Virus record (IMG/VR): IMGVR_UViG_3300045988_050530
Coordinates: 1-43,070 of that record
From: a virus
DNA length: 43,070 bases
Reading direction: 5' to 3' (one strand)
The first letter of the stretch is position 1. Every line of letters begins with the position of its first letter. The position numbers were made by a program, and so were the translations under genes. Positions 22,962 to 31,001 of this stretch are shown here, piece by piece. A model generated the notes under the pieces. It was not told where the DNA came from. It saw only the letters and a program-made list of their open reading frames with translations, and made no database searches.

Positions 22962-23585
22962 ATGCTTCAATTTGATAGACGGACATATCGTCTGCACGGC
23001 ATGACGCGCATCTTAGGTGCGCAGGCGGCGAACCCGAAGGTACACAGTGAGTTCATCGCGGCGAAGGCCGCAAAGCAGGAAAAGGGCGAAGAACAGACGG
23101 CAATGTTGCCGAAGGAAGAACTGGAAAAGAAAGGCTTGACGGTCTTCCTGCGTGACGACGGCGTGCTGTGTCTGGCTGATTACGTCATTAAGGGCTTCCT
23201 CAAGGAGGCGCTGGGTGTCATCAAGAGTCAGATCAAGATCGGAAGCCCGACGACGAAGGTTGACAACCTCATCCTGGTCGAGCCGGAATACATCCACTTC
23301 ACACGCGGCGGCAAGCCCGTGACGGATGCGGACGAAATCTTTGAAAGGCCGCTGCGGGCAATGACGATGCAAGGGCCGCGCGTCAGCGTATCGGCAAGTG
23401 AGATCATCCGACCGGACTGGGAGATCGAATTCACGCTGACGCTGATCGCCAACGAGAAGACGGCAAAGAGCGTCGCCCTGACGTGGAACGTCATCGAAGA
23501 AGCGCTGAACTATGGCGCGATTAAGGGTTTGGGACAGTGGCGGAACGGACAGAACGGGCGGTTCACGTGGGAAACCGTGAAATAA
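22962..23585 (+). CDS. Hypothetical early protein with RAMP-like sequence features
   Basis: GGAGAG RBS, 207 aa. YVIKGFLKEALG and a C-terminal Gly-rich loop IKGLGQWRNGQNGRFTWE. The fold assignment is speculative. Confidence 0.65.
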   Translation: MLQFDRRTYRLHGMTRILGAQAANPKVHSEFIAAKAAKQEKGEEQTAMLPKEELEKKGLTVFLRDDGVLCLADYVIKGFLKEALGVIKSQIKIGSPTTKVDNLILVEPEYIHFTRGGKPVTDADEIFERPLRAMTMQGPRVSVSASEIIRPDWEIEFTLTLIANEKTAKSVALTWNVIEEALNYGAIKGLGQWRNGQNGRFTWETVK

Positions 23586-23673
23586 AAAAGAACCGCCCCG
23601 CGTTGCAGCGCGGAACGGCCAGAGAGAACAAAAAATGACGTGGTTATTATACCACGGAAAGGATGAAATATCA

Positions 23674-23832
23674 ATGCTTAAAGCGCAGTTTATCGGATTT
23701 CTTGCCCGGCTGCTTGAAGGGCTGGGCATGGCGCTTGCGTACACGCTGGCGGCGGCTTTCGCTGGCGCGGTGATCTTGCTGATCGTCTGCATCATCGCGG
23801 AAATGGACAAGGAGGGGAAGAAGAATGGATGA
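23674..23832 (+). CDS. Small membrane protein
   Basis: Hydrophobic MALAYTLAAAFAGAVILLIVCIIA. Start is ATG 23674 or ATG 23635. Confidence 0.5.
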   Translation: MLKAQFIGFLARLLEGLGMALAYTLAAAFAGAVILLIVCIIAEMDKEGKKNG

Positions 23833-23971
23833 GAAAACGGTATTGGAGGCGCTGAAAGAGACGGAGAATCTGATGTACAAATTCGGCTATTCGGCGCTTC
23901 CCCTCATTATGATCGAGGAATACGTCAAGAACCTGAACAAGCGAATCAAGGAGCTTGAAGATGCGAAGTGA
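23825..23971 (+). CDS. Small hypothetical protein (48 aa, not in the ORF track)
   Basis: ATG overlaps the upstream stop. MDEKTVLEALKETENLMYKFGYSALPLIMIEEYVKNLNKRIKELEDAK. Fills an otherwise empty gap. Confidence 0.4.
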   Translation: MDEKTVLEALKETENLMYKFGYSALPLIMIEEYVKNLNKRIKELEDAK

Positions 23972-24146
23972 GCTGTTGGAGCTCGAGCGGCAGGAGGCCG
24001 CCGAGCTGATGGGCTACGATGCGTGGGCGGCGATGCAGAGGAACAAAGCCGCTTCACGCCGTCGGGCGCAGATCATCAGAGAACAGGAAAGAGAGGTAGA
24101 CCCGAATGAACGGTATGACCTTGTACCAGATCGACGCGAATATTGA
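23961..24146 (+). CDS. Small hypothetical protein
   Basis: ATG 23961 within the track ORF 23955..24146. Charged helical sequence. Confidence 0.45.
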   Translation: MRSELLELERQEAAELMGYDAWAAMQRNKAASRRRAQIIREQEREVDPNERYDLVPDRREY

Positions 24147-24603
24147 GGCGCTGCTTCAAGGATTTGAGCTGGTGGACACGGAAACGGGCGAGATCATCGG
24201 CGCGGAAGCGCTGGACGCGCTGCAAATGGCGCGAGAGGATAAGATTGAGAACACCGGGCTTTACATTAAGAATCAGGCGGTTCTCATCGAGGCAATGAAA
24301 AAGGAAGAAAAAGCCATCGCGGAGCGCCGGAAGGCGTATGAAGGACAGCTTGAAAAGCTGAAATCGTATCTCGGCGAATCGCTGGGCGGTGAAAAGTTCG
24401 AAACCGCAAAGGTGAACATCTTCTTCCGAAAAAACCCGCCGTCTGCGGAGATCATCGACGCAAGCAAGCTGACCAGCGAGTACATGCGCGAGATTCCGGC
24501 CAAGTACGAGCCGGACAAGACAAAAATCAAAGAAGCCTTGAAGGCCGGAAAGGCTGTCGAGGGCGCAGAGCTTCGGCAGACGGTGAGCTGCTATGTCAAG
24601 TGA
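24106..24603 (+). CDS. Siphovirus Gp157-like protein
   Basis: 165-aa coiled-coil protein directly upstream of the annealase, as in Sfi21-type modules. The N-terminal MTLYQIDANIEALL pattern resembles Sipho_Gp157. From memory only. Confidence 0.6.
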   Translation: MNGMTLYQIDANIEALLQGFELVDTETGEIIGAEALDALQMAREDKIENTGLYIKNQAVLIEAMKKEEKAIAERRKAYEGQLEKLKSYLGESLGGEKFETAKVNIFFRKNPPSAEIIDASKLTSEYMREIPAKYEPDKTKIKEALKAGKAVEGAELRQTVSCYVK

Positions 24604-24730
24604 TTTGGCGCTGTATATGGCCTATACGGGCGAGAAATGGTCTCCGCGCCTGACAGGCCGGGAAGCAAGCTGGGACACCCAGCAGGACGACGAGAACCCA
24701 TTCTGCGACATGATGGACAGGGAGTGGTGA
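24593..24730 (+). CDS. Small hypothetical protein (45 aa, not in the ORF track)
   Basis: ATG 24593 overlaps the Gp157-like gene end. The stop is 2 nt before the annealase ATG. MSSDLALYMAYTGEKWSPRLTGREASWDTQQDDENPFCDMMDREW. Confidence 0.4.
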   Translation: MSSDLALYMAYTGEKWSPRLTGREASWDTQQDDENPFCDMMDREW

Positions 24731-24732
24731 AC

Positions 24733-25287
24733 ATGGCAGACGGAAAGCTGGAATTTCGGAAGCTCGAAGCATCCGAAATCGACATCAGAGTTGCGCAGAT
24801 CAACGAAAAAGGCTGTCAGCTCTTGCTTTACAAGGACGCACGGTGCGACATGTGCATCCTTGATGAAACGGTCGGCGCTCTCAACTGGCAGCGCCGTCAC
24901 AACAGGGACAACGCAAACTGCGTCGTCTCCATCTACAATTCGAACCTGAATACTTGGGTCGAGAAGGAGGACACAGGGACGGAAAGCAACACGGAAGCCG
25001 ACAAGGGGCTTGCCTCCGACAGTTTCAAGCGGGCTTGCGTGAACTGGGGAATCGGACGAGAGCTGTACACAGCGCCGTTTATATGGATTCCCGCCGAAAA
25101 AGTAGAAATCAAGCAGAATCGCAGCGGAAAGCCGATGACGTATGACAAATTCGAAGTCCAGAAAATCGCATACGATGACAAGCGGAATATCATCGGCCTA
25201 GCGATTCGGAACGCGAAAAACAAGAAGCTTGTCTTCCTCTGGCAGAAGGAGAACCCGAATGGAGATCACAGCGGGAAAGATCGTTGA
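24733..25287 (+). CDS. Rad52/Sak-type single-strand annealing protein
   Basis: LDETVGALNWQRRH and SDSFKRACVNWGIGRELY motifs typical of Rad52-family phage annealases. I trimmed the track ORF to ATG 24733. Confidence 0.75.
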   Translation: MADGKLEFRKLEASEIDIRVAQINEKGCQLLLYKDARCDMCILDETVGALNWQRRHNRDNANCVVSIYNSNLNTWVEKEDTGTESNTEADKGLASDSFKRACVNWGIGRELYTAPFIWIPAEKVEIKQNRSGKPMTYDKFEVQKIAYDDKRNIIGLAIRNAKNKKLVFLWQKENPNGDHSGKDR

Positions 25288-25921
25288 CGTTGTTGATGGC
25301 GGCTTGGTGGTCTTCGTCCCATACGGCGATATGGAGAAGATCATCAAGCGCCAATACAACGAGGTACAGGTTGGCTTGCCGGACGGGCGAAGAATCAGCC
25401 CGGAGCAGCGCCGCAAGGCTTATGCTCTGATGGGCGAGATTGCGGAGGCGGTCGGCTACGAAAAGGACGAGATCAAGGACGTGATGAAGCATGATTTCGT
25501 TTCAAACCACCTCCAACAGCTCGAAAAAGAGCTGTTCAGCCTGTCAGACTGCGACGTAACGACGGCGAAGGAGTATATCAGCTATTTAATTGACTTCATC
25601 CTCCGAAACGACATTCCGACACATGTACCGCTGATCAAGCTGGCGGACGACATTGACCGATACGTGTACGCTTGTCTGATGCGGAAAAAGTGCTGCATCT
25701 GCGGACAGAAGGCGGATTTCCACCATGTGGACGCGGTCGGCATGGGAAACGACAGGGACGAGGTGCAGCACATCGGTCGGAAATGCTTGCCCCTATGCCG
25801 CGCTCATCACGTCGAAATCCACACGATAGGCACAACGGAGTTTTGCAACAGATACCACATACGCCCGCAAATCTGTGATGAGAAAATCGCCAAGGTTTAC
25901 AGGCTCAGAAGCAAGGGCTAA
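25259..25921 (+). CDS. HNH-like / DUF968-like Cys-His metal-binding protein
   Basis: AAGGAG RBS. KKCCICGQKADFHHVDAVGMGNDRDE...CLPLCRAHHVEIH motif. Confidence 0.65.
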   Translation: MEITAGKIVDVVDGGLVVFVPYGDMEKIIKRQYNEVQVGLPDGRRISPEQRRKAYALMGEIAEAVGYEKDEIKDVMKHDFVSNHLQQLEKELFSLSDCDVTTAKEYISYLIDFILRNDIPTHVPLIKLADDIDRYVYACLMRKKCCICGQKADFHHVDAVGMGNDRDEVQHIGRKCLPLCRAHHVEIHTIGTTEFCNRYHIRPQICDEKIAKVYRLRSKG

Positions 25922-26258
25922 ACCCTTGCACATGGTGCGCAGCTCAGGAGAGCAACCGCGTGACGTAAAGCGGCGTTACGCGATAAGTGGCGGCTCGATA
26001 CCGCCGCGCGCCGAGCAGCAGGAGAAATCCATGTTTTGTAACAAGCACCCCCCGCTTGAAACGGTACAGCCCACAGAAAGGAGGACACAGGGCAGGCAAA
26101 TTCACACACACTGGCGGCTCGGAAAGACGAGCAAAAGACCAACAACAATAGGCTCAAAAGGTTTGGGCAACGCACATTTTTTCTGACAGCCGGAAAGACG
26201 GCAAATAAAAAGACGTTTCACAAACGGCCTGCCGTCGGGCTAAAACGGCGGCACTCAT

Positions 26259-26390
26259 GGCAAGCATGGAAGGCATCGCGCGGGTGCAACACCCCCCCTA
26301 TTCGTCAAGGTTTCTTCCTTTCCTTCCGTTCTTACAAGATTGACGCGAAGCACCTTGCCCACGCGCCCGGTTCGATTCCGGGGCTTGCCA
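26259..26390 (+). ncRNA. tRNA-like element: canonical T-arm + acceptor 3' strand (26366-26390), with its perfect 7-nt complement 132 nt upstream; not a canonical tRNA
   Basis: CCCGG-TTCGATT-CCGGG followed by GCTTGCC-A. GGCAAGC at 26259-65. No standard D or anticodon arms could be drawn by hand. Confidence 0.3.
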
Positions 26391-26418
26391 CAATTTTACA
26401 ACCAGAAAGGAGAACCTC

Positions 26419-27210
26419 ATGCTCGATTACTTAAAAATTTTTCCGGAGTTTGAGACGATGCTCAGGCGATATACGGACGAAGAGCGCGGTCGGCTTTTTA
26501 TGGCCATGATGGCCTATGCGTATCGCGGCGAAGAGCCTGATTTCGATGAGGACGCGCACGAATGGTACATCTGGGACACGATCAAGCTAAAGATTGACCA
26601 GTGCGCCGAAACGCTCGAATCCAAGCGAGCGAGCGGGAAGAAGGGCGGAAGCGCCAAGCAGACCGAAGCAGACGCAAGCAAGGCGAACCAAAGCGAAGCA
26701 GAGGAAAGCAACGTCAAGCACATTGAAGCAGACGCAAGCACACCGAAGCAAACGGAAGCAGAAGCAAGCAAAGCCAAGCAGACCGAAGCAGACGAAAGCA
26801 AAGCCGACATATATAAGAATAAGAATAAGAATAAGAATAAGAATAAGAGTAGTAGTAGTTACGTACCCCCTACCCCCTACGACGACATCGGCGACGACGA
26901 ACTGCTGCGACTGCGGCAGGAACAGCAGGACGTGGAGACAGCCGCAAGGCGTGTCGGCTTGCCTGTCAGCGCTGCTGGCGACTATGACACCATGGACAAC
27001 CTACGCGCGGAGCATGGAGCGGACAATCTGCTCAAGGCCATATCCCGGATTCAGGGCGCGACCGAGAAAAGCCGAGACTGGCGGTATATCTCCGGGATTC
27101 TCCGCAAAGAGAAAGCATCCGGCTACACATGGACGGAAAAACCGCCGAACGCATCAGGAGGGATAAACTATGAACGACCCGAGCCAAGAAGCCACACGCG
27201 CGATCTCTGA
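26419..27210 (+). CDS. Replisome organizer (DnaD/DnaB-C-like replication initiation protein) with internal repeat region
   Basis: AAAGGAG RBS. C-terminal SRDWRYISGILRKE, a DnaD-like W..I.GIL motif. Overlaps the helicase gene start. Confidence 0.7.
   Translation: MLDYLKIFPEFETMLRRYTDEERGRLFMAMMAYAYRGEEPDFDEDAHEWYIWDTIKLKIDQCAETLESKRASGKKGGSAKQTEADASKANQSEAEESNVKHIEADASTPKQTEAEASKAKQTEADESKADIYKNKNKNKNKNKSSSSYVPPTPYDDIGDDELLRLRQEQQDVETAARRVGLPVSAAGDYDTMDNLRAEHGADNLLKAISRIQGATEKSRDWRYISGILRKEKASGYTWTEKPPNASGGINYERPEPRSHTRDL
26651..26800 (+). repeat. 15 consecutive 10-bp units NNNNNAAGCA (14 exact AAGCA, one AACCA) inside the organizer gene
   Basis: Direct reading: gcgccAAGCA gaccgAAGCA gacgcAAGCA ... 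gacgaAAGCA. The protein-level period is 30 bp (KQTEADASKA-type decapeptides). Confidence 0.95.
26815..26859 (+). repeat. AT-rich microsatellites (AAGAAT)x5 + AAGAGT, then (AGT)x4
   Basis: Direct reading. Encodes KNKNKNKNKNK SSSS. Preceded by ACATATAT. Confidence 0.95.
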
Positions 27211-28417
27211 GCGGGCTTTTTGCGGCGCGATCATCAGGGGCGACACCAGAGCGACGGACGCGGGGCTGAAAGCCGATTGGTTCACCGTGCCCGTTTGCCG
27301 ACGTATATTCTCGGCGGCGCTGGCGATTGAGAGACAGGGACGGCCTTGCGACCTTGCGACGCTCGAAGAGATTCTTAGCGATGACGATCTCCACGAGGCA
27401 ATCACCATCGCGGCGGAGACCGTCACGACGGCGCTTGCAGACCAGCAGGCGGACAACATCCGCCTCGCGGCAATGCGCAGGGAGATCGTCAAAACATGCC
27501 TAGAGACAGCGCGAACGGCGAACGAGGGCGAAATATCGACGACAGAGCTGCTAGACGGCGCTGTGATGCGATTAAATGCGCTCAGCGGACAAACAGACGA
27601 CTGCGGTGTAATCAGCGGCACAGACGCGATTTGCGGCTTCTACGCGCGACTGACAAGCGGAGCGGTCGAGCCGGTCACAAAGACGGGCTTTCCCAAGCTC
27701 GACAGGGCGCTGATGATTGCGGGCGGAAAACTGATCGTCGTCGGCGCGAGGCCGTCGGTCGGCAAGTCTGCGTTTCTGCTGCACCTTGCGGTTAAGGCGC
27801 TGGACGTTGGCCGGAAAATCCTGCTGGTATCGTGCGAGATGGGCGCGGATGAGATCGTCGGGCGAATCGTGGCGCAGAAAAGCCGCGTATCGTCTGACAA
27901 GATCGAGCGTCACGAACTGGACGACAGCGAGATTGTCAAAGTAGCGGAGAGTTTCGCGGAAATCCCTTCCGAGCAGCTTTTTATCAGCGAGAGGGCGCGA
28001 ACCGTGCGCGACATAAGGCGCATGGCGCTAAGAATCCGCGCGAGATGCGGGCTGGATATGATCGTCGTCGATTACTTGCAGCTTCTCGACGCGGGGCAGA
28101 AGACGAGCAACCGCTCGGAGGCGGTCGGCGTTGTCACGCGGGCACTTAAATCGCTGGCGATGGAGCTTAAAATCCCGATCCTGACCGCAAGCCAGCTCAA
28201 CCGTGCAAGCGAGCGCAACGACGCGCCGAGGCTCTCCGATCTGCGCGAATCCGGCAGTATCGAGCAGGACGCGGACGCGGTGCTTCTTCTCCACGCGCCG
28301 GACGACAAGGACAACCCGGAAAGGCTGCTGTTCCTCGACAAAAACCGAGGCGGAGAATGCGGGAAAATCAGACTGTATTTTGACGGCGCGACCATGAGAT
28401 TTTCTGAAATGCAATGA
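27170..28417 (+). CDS. dnaB: DnaB-family replicative helicase
   Basis: Walker A GARPSVGKSAF, MIVVDYLQLL, SQLNR and SDLRESGSIEQDAD motifs. Confidence 0.9.
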   Translation: MNDPSQEATRAISERAFCGAIIRGDTRATDAGLKADWFTVPVCRRIFSAALAIERQGRPCDLATLEEILSDDDLHEAITIAAETVTTALADQQADNIRLAAMRREIVKTCLETARTANEGEISTTELLDGAVMRLNALSGQTDDCGVISGTDAICGFYARLTSGAVEPVTKTGFPKLDRALMIAGGKLIVVGARPSVGKSAFLLHLAVKALDVGRKILLVSCEMGADEIVGRIVAQKSRVSSDKIERHELDDSEIVKVAESFAEIPSEQLFISERARTVRDIRRMALRIRARCGLDMIVVDYLQLLDAGQKTSNRSEAVGVVTRALKSLAMELKIPILTASQLNRASERNDAPRLSDLRESGSIEQDADAVLLLHAPDDKDNPERLLFLDKNRGGECGKIRLYFDGATMRFSEMQ

Positions 28418-28428
28418 CGGAGGAAAGC

Positions 28429-28803
28429 ATGAAAAAGCAAGTGCCGACTGAATCCGAAGAGCAGCAGACCCTTTTCCGCTGGGCGGCGATGCAGAGCGGG
28501 AAATACCCAGAGCTTGCGCTGATGTTCCATATCCCCAACGAGGGGAAACGAAGCTGGATGACGGGCGGCAGGATGAAGGCCGAAGGGCTGAAAAGCGGAG
28601 TGCCTGACATCTTCCTGCCCGTCCCGCGTAGAGAGTTTCACGGGCTTTTTGTCGAGATGAAGCGGACGAAGGGCGGGACGGTCAGCGACTGTCAAAAGCT
28701 ATGGCTGCATGACTTGCAAAAACAAGGCTATTGCGCGGCGGTGTGCCGGGGATGGTGCGAAGCTGCGGAGCAAATAAAAAAATATTTGGAGGCAAAAGCG
28801 TGA
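28429..28803 (+). CDS. VRR-NUC domain nuclease
   Basis: GGAGGA RBS. PD-(D/E)xK-type core GVPDIFLP ... GLFVEMKRTKG. Confidence 0.75.
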   Translation: MKKQVPTESEEQQTLFRWAAMQSGKYPELALMFHIPNEGKRSWMTGGRMKAEGLKSGVPDIFLPVPRREFHGLFVEMKRTKGGTVSDCQKLWLHDLQKQGYCAAVCRGWCEAAEQIKKYLEAKA

Positions 28804-29258
28804 ACAAGGTTTTTTTGATCGGGAATCTGACCCGCGACCCGGAAATGCGATCCACGCAGTCCGGCGTTGCGGTCTGCAACTTCACGATTGCGGTAAATCG
28901 CCGCTTTCGTAACCCGCAGACCGGTCAGCAGGAAACGGATTTTCTGAACGTCATCGCGTGGCGGCAGTTGGCCGAGCTGTGCAGCAAGTATCTTGCCAAA
29001 GGGCGCAAAGTGGCCGTGACGGGCAGCATCCAGACCCGCACGTATGAGGCGAAGGACGGGAGCAAGCGGACGGCGTGGGATATCGTCGCCGACGAGGTGG
29101 AGTTCCTGTCGCCGCAGAGCCAGCAGAGCAGCACACAGGGCGCGCCGGGGGCATACACGACGGCGGCGAGAAAAGACAGCGGGGCGGCCTATGCGCCGCA
29201 ACCGCACAACGATTTCGGCGGATTTACGCAGGTGGACGACGAAGAATTGCCGTTTTGA
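28800..29258 (+). CDS. ssb: Single-stranded DNA-binding protein
   Basis: GTG start after TGGAGG. OB-fold N-terminus NKVFLIGNLTRDPEMRSTQSGVAVCNFTIAVNR. Acidic C-terminal tip DDEELPF. Confidence 0.9.
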   Translation: MNKVFLIGNLTRDPEMRSTQSGVAVCNFTIAVNRRFRNPQTGQQETDFLNVIAWRQLAELCSKYLAKGRKVAVTGSIQTRTYEAKDGSKRTAWDIVADEVEFLSPQSQQSSTQGAPGAYTTAARKDSGAAYAPQPHNDFGGFTQVDDEELPF

Positions 29259-29273
29259 TAGGAGGAAAAGAAC

Positions 29274-29573
29274 ATGCTGAACGAATTGCGCGATGAGATT
29301 TACAGTGATGCGGTGGCACATGGGCTGTGGGATTGCCTTGAAATCGGCGAAGCGGGCGATGTAATAAAAAGGCTTTACTGTTCGCGGCTCATCAGCGACG
29401 AATTGACGGAAACCATCAAGGCTGTGCACGAGCCGGAACATTACACCGAAGAGCTGGCGGACGTTATCATCACGGCACTGTCCGTCGCCGGATATCTGGG
29501 CATCGACATTGACAAAGCGGTGCGGGCGAAGATGGAGATCAACCGAGGGCGTGAATGGAGGCACGGGAAATGA
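29274..29573 (+). CDS. MazG-like nucleoside triphosphate pyrophosphohydrolase
   Basis: EELADVIITALSVAGYLGIDIDKAVRAKMEINRGR matches the MazG/all-alpha NTP-PPase pattern. Confidence 0.7.
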   Translation: MLNELRDEIYSDAVAHGLWDCLEIGEAGDVIKRLYCSRLISDELTETIKAVHEPEHYTEELADVIITALSVAGYLGIDIDKAVRAKMEINRGREWRHGK

Positions 29574-30505
29574 GCCTTATCGAGTATGACCTTTTCGGGC
29601 AAAAGCGGGACAAGGTGCAGACGGCGATAGACCGGCTGCGGACGTTTGAGCCGGAAGATGGGTACTATGTCGCGGACAGCGGCGGGAAAGACAGCTCATG
29701 TGTCGTCAAGCTCTGCGAGATGGCAGGGGTTAAGTTTGATGCGCACTACAACGCGACGACGATTGACCCGCCGCAGCTTGTACGCTTCATCCGGCAGCAT
29801 CACCCAGAAACAGAAATCGAAAAGCCTGAGTATACCATGCGAGAGCTGATTGTCAAAAAGCAAATGCCGCCAACGAGATTGATGCGCTACTGTTGCCAAC
29901 ACCTCAAAGAGCTGCACGGTCAAGGGCGTGTCGTGGTTACGGGCGTAAGGTGGGCGGAAAGTGGAAACCGCAAGAACAACCAAGGGCTTGTGACTTTTGC
30001 AACAGCGTCCAAAGAGCTAAACAACACAGCGGATTTGAGCGGCGCAGAGCCGAAACGGACAAGCAAAGGTGGGTTGATACTCAATACCGATAACGACGAG
30101 AGCCGCAGAATGGTTGAGATGTGCTATCGGACACACAAAACGCTTGTCAATCCGATTATTGACTGGACGGACGAAGACGTGTGGGAGTTCGTACGGCTCT
30201 ACAACGTACCGTACTGCGAGCTGTACGATTGCGGATTCAAACGGCTTGGCTGCGTGGCCTGTCCGCTTGGCGGCTCTGCGAGCATGCAAAGAGAGCTTGA
30301 GTTTTTCCCGCAGTTTAAGAAATTTTACATCCGCACTTTTGACGAGATGCTGGACGCAAGAAGAAAAGCGGGAAAATCCATCAATAGGCATTGGACGGAC
30401 GGTGAATCGGTCTTGCGCTGGTGGGTAGGGAAAGGCGGAGAAAGCAAAGACGAGTTGCAACTTGAGATTTTTGATGAAACGGAGGAAATGACCGATGAAA
30501 TGTAA
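29570..30505 (+). CDS. PAPS-reductase-family PP-loop protein
   Basis: PP-loop YVADSGGKDSSCV. C-terminal Cys cluster CGFKRLGCVACPLG. ATGA overlap with the MazG-like gene. Confidence 0.8.
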   Translation: MSLIEYDLFGQKRDKVQTAIDRLRTFEPEDGYYVADSGGKDSSCVVKLCEMAGVKFDAHYNATTIDPPQLVRFIRQHHPETEIEKPEYTMRELIVKKQMPPTRLMRYCCQHLKELHGQGRVVVTGVRWAESGNRKNNQGLVTFATASKELNNTADLSGAEPKRTSKGGLILNTDNDESRRMVEMCYRTHKTLVNPIIDWTDEDVWEFVRLYNVPYCELYDCGFKRLGCVACPLGGSASMQRELEFFPQFKKFYIRTFDEMLDARRKAGKSINRHWTDGESVLRWWVGKGGESKDELQLEIFDETEEMTDEM

Positions 30506-30818
30506 ATGGTACGCTGAATTTGAAAGTGTCTGCACCAACGGCGACTGTCCGTATCGCGGCGACACGTGCCCGACGAGCGAACACCCGGAGGTGTGCAAGC
30601 ATGCGGAAAAGAAGCCCGAAATTCCGCAGTTGAGCGCGGAAGAGCTGGTCAAGACACTGAGGCTCTGTTGTGGCGCGAGTTGTCGCGGTTGTGCACTTTT
30701 TGAATTTGTCGATTGCGGAAGTGCTGCAAAGCAGCAATCTGCCGACATGCTGGAAAAGCTGGCGGCGGAGAAGGACGCGAAGGAACAGAAACGGAGGAAG
30801 AGCGATGAAAACGCCTGA
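30495..30818 (+). CDS. Cys-rich small protein
   Basis: 13 Cys in 107 aa (CTNGDCPYRGDTCP..., LCCGASCRGCALFEFVDC). Confidence 0.55.
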   Translation: MKCKWYAEFESVCTNGDCPYRGDTCPTSEHPEVCKHAEKKPEIPQLSAEELVKTLRLCCGASCRGCALFEFVDCGSAAKQQSADMLEKLAAEKDAKEQKRRKSDENA

Positions 30819-30972
30819 AGAGATCAAGGAGGCTGTGAGTTTGTGCCTTTTAAGTGAGTGCCGCAAGGATTGCCCATATTACGAGGACGTGAGTTGTAGA
30901 ACAATGCTGATGCTTGACGTTTTCGCTTGCATCGAGCAACTTGAGAACCGCGTAAAAACCGATAAGGAATAA
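30805..30972 (+). CDS. Cys-rich small protein (paralog-like of the C-terminal half of 30495..30818)
   Basis: ATG 30805 lies 6 nt after GGAGGA. EIKEAVSLCLLSECRKDCPYYEDVSCRTMLMLDVFACIEQLE parallels ELVKTLRLCCGASCRGCALFEFVDCGSAAKQQSADMLEKL. Confidence 0.5.
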   Translation: MKTPEEIKEAVSLCLLSECRKDCPYYEDVSCRTMLMLDVFACIEQLENRVKTDKE

Positions 30973-31001
30973 TATAGAAAGTAAAAGTCAGGAGGAAAAT
31001 T

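Noticed and set aside
22685-22975. 96-aa + strand ORF (and the 74-107-aa minus-strand ORFs) in the 22650-22935 gap
   Set aside because: There is no RBS. The translations are Ala/Ser/Lys/Arg strings generated by the repeated GCWWWGC motifs. The + ORF runs into the real RBS and ATG of 22962 in another frame.
25875-26186. 103-aa + strand ORF and 85-aa minus-strand ORF in the large intergenic region
   Set aside because: The + ORF starts inside the preceding gene in another frame and has no RBS. Its composition is Arg/Pro/Thr/Gly-rich and unlike a protein. The region is treated as non-coding.
26651-26800. CRISPR-like array (also considered for 38238-38345 and 20285-20392)
   Set aside because: The units are contiguous, with no unique spacers. 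They are only 9-18 bp long and lie in frame inside coding genes. There are no cas genes.
28728-29564. 278-aa minus-strand ORF opposite the SSB and MazG-like genes
   Set aside because: It is antisense to an unmistakable SSB (OB fold plus DDEELPF tip). It is a shadow ORF.
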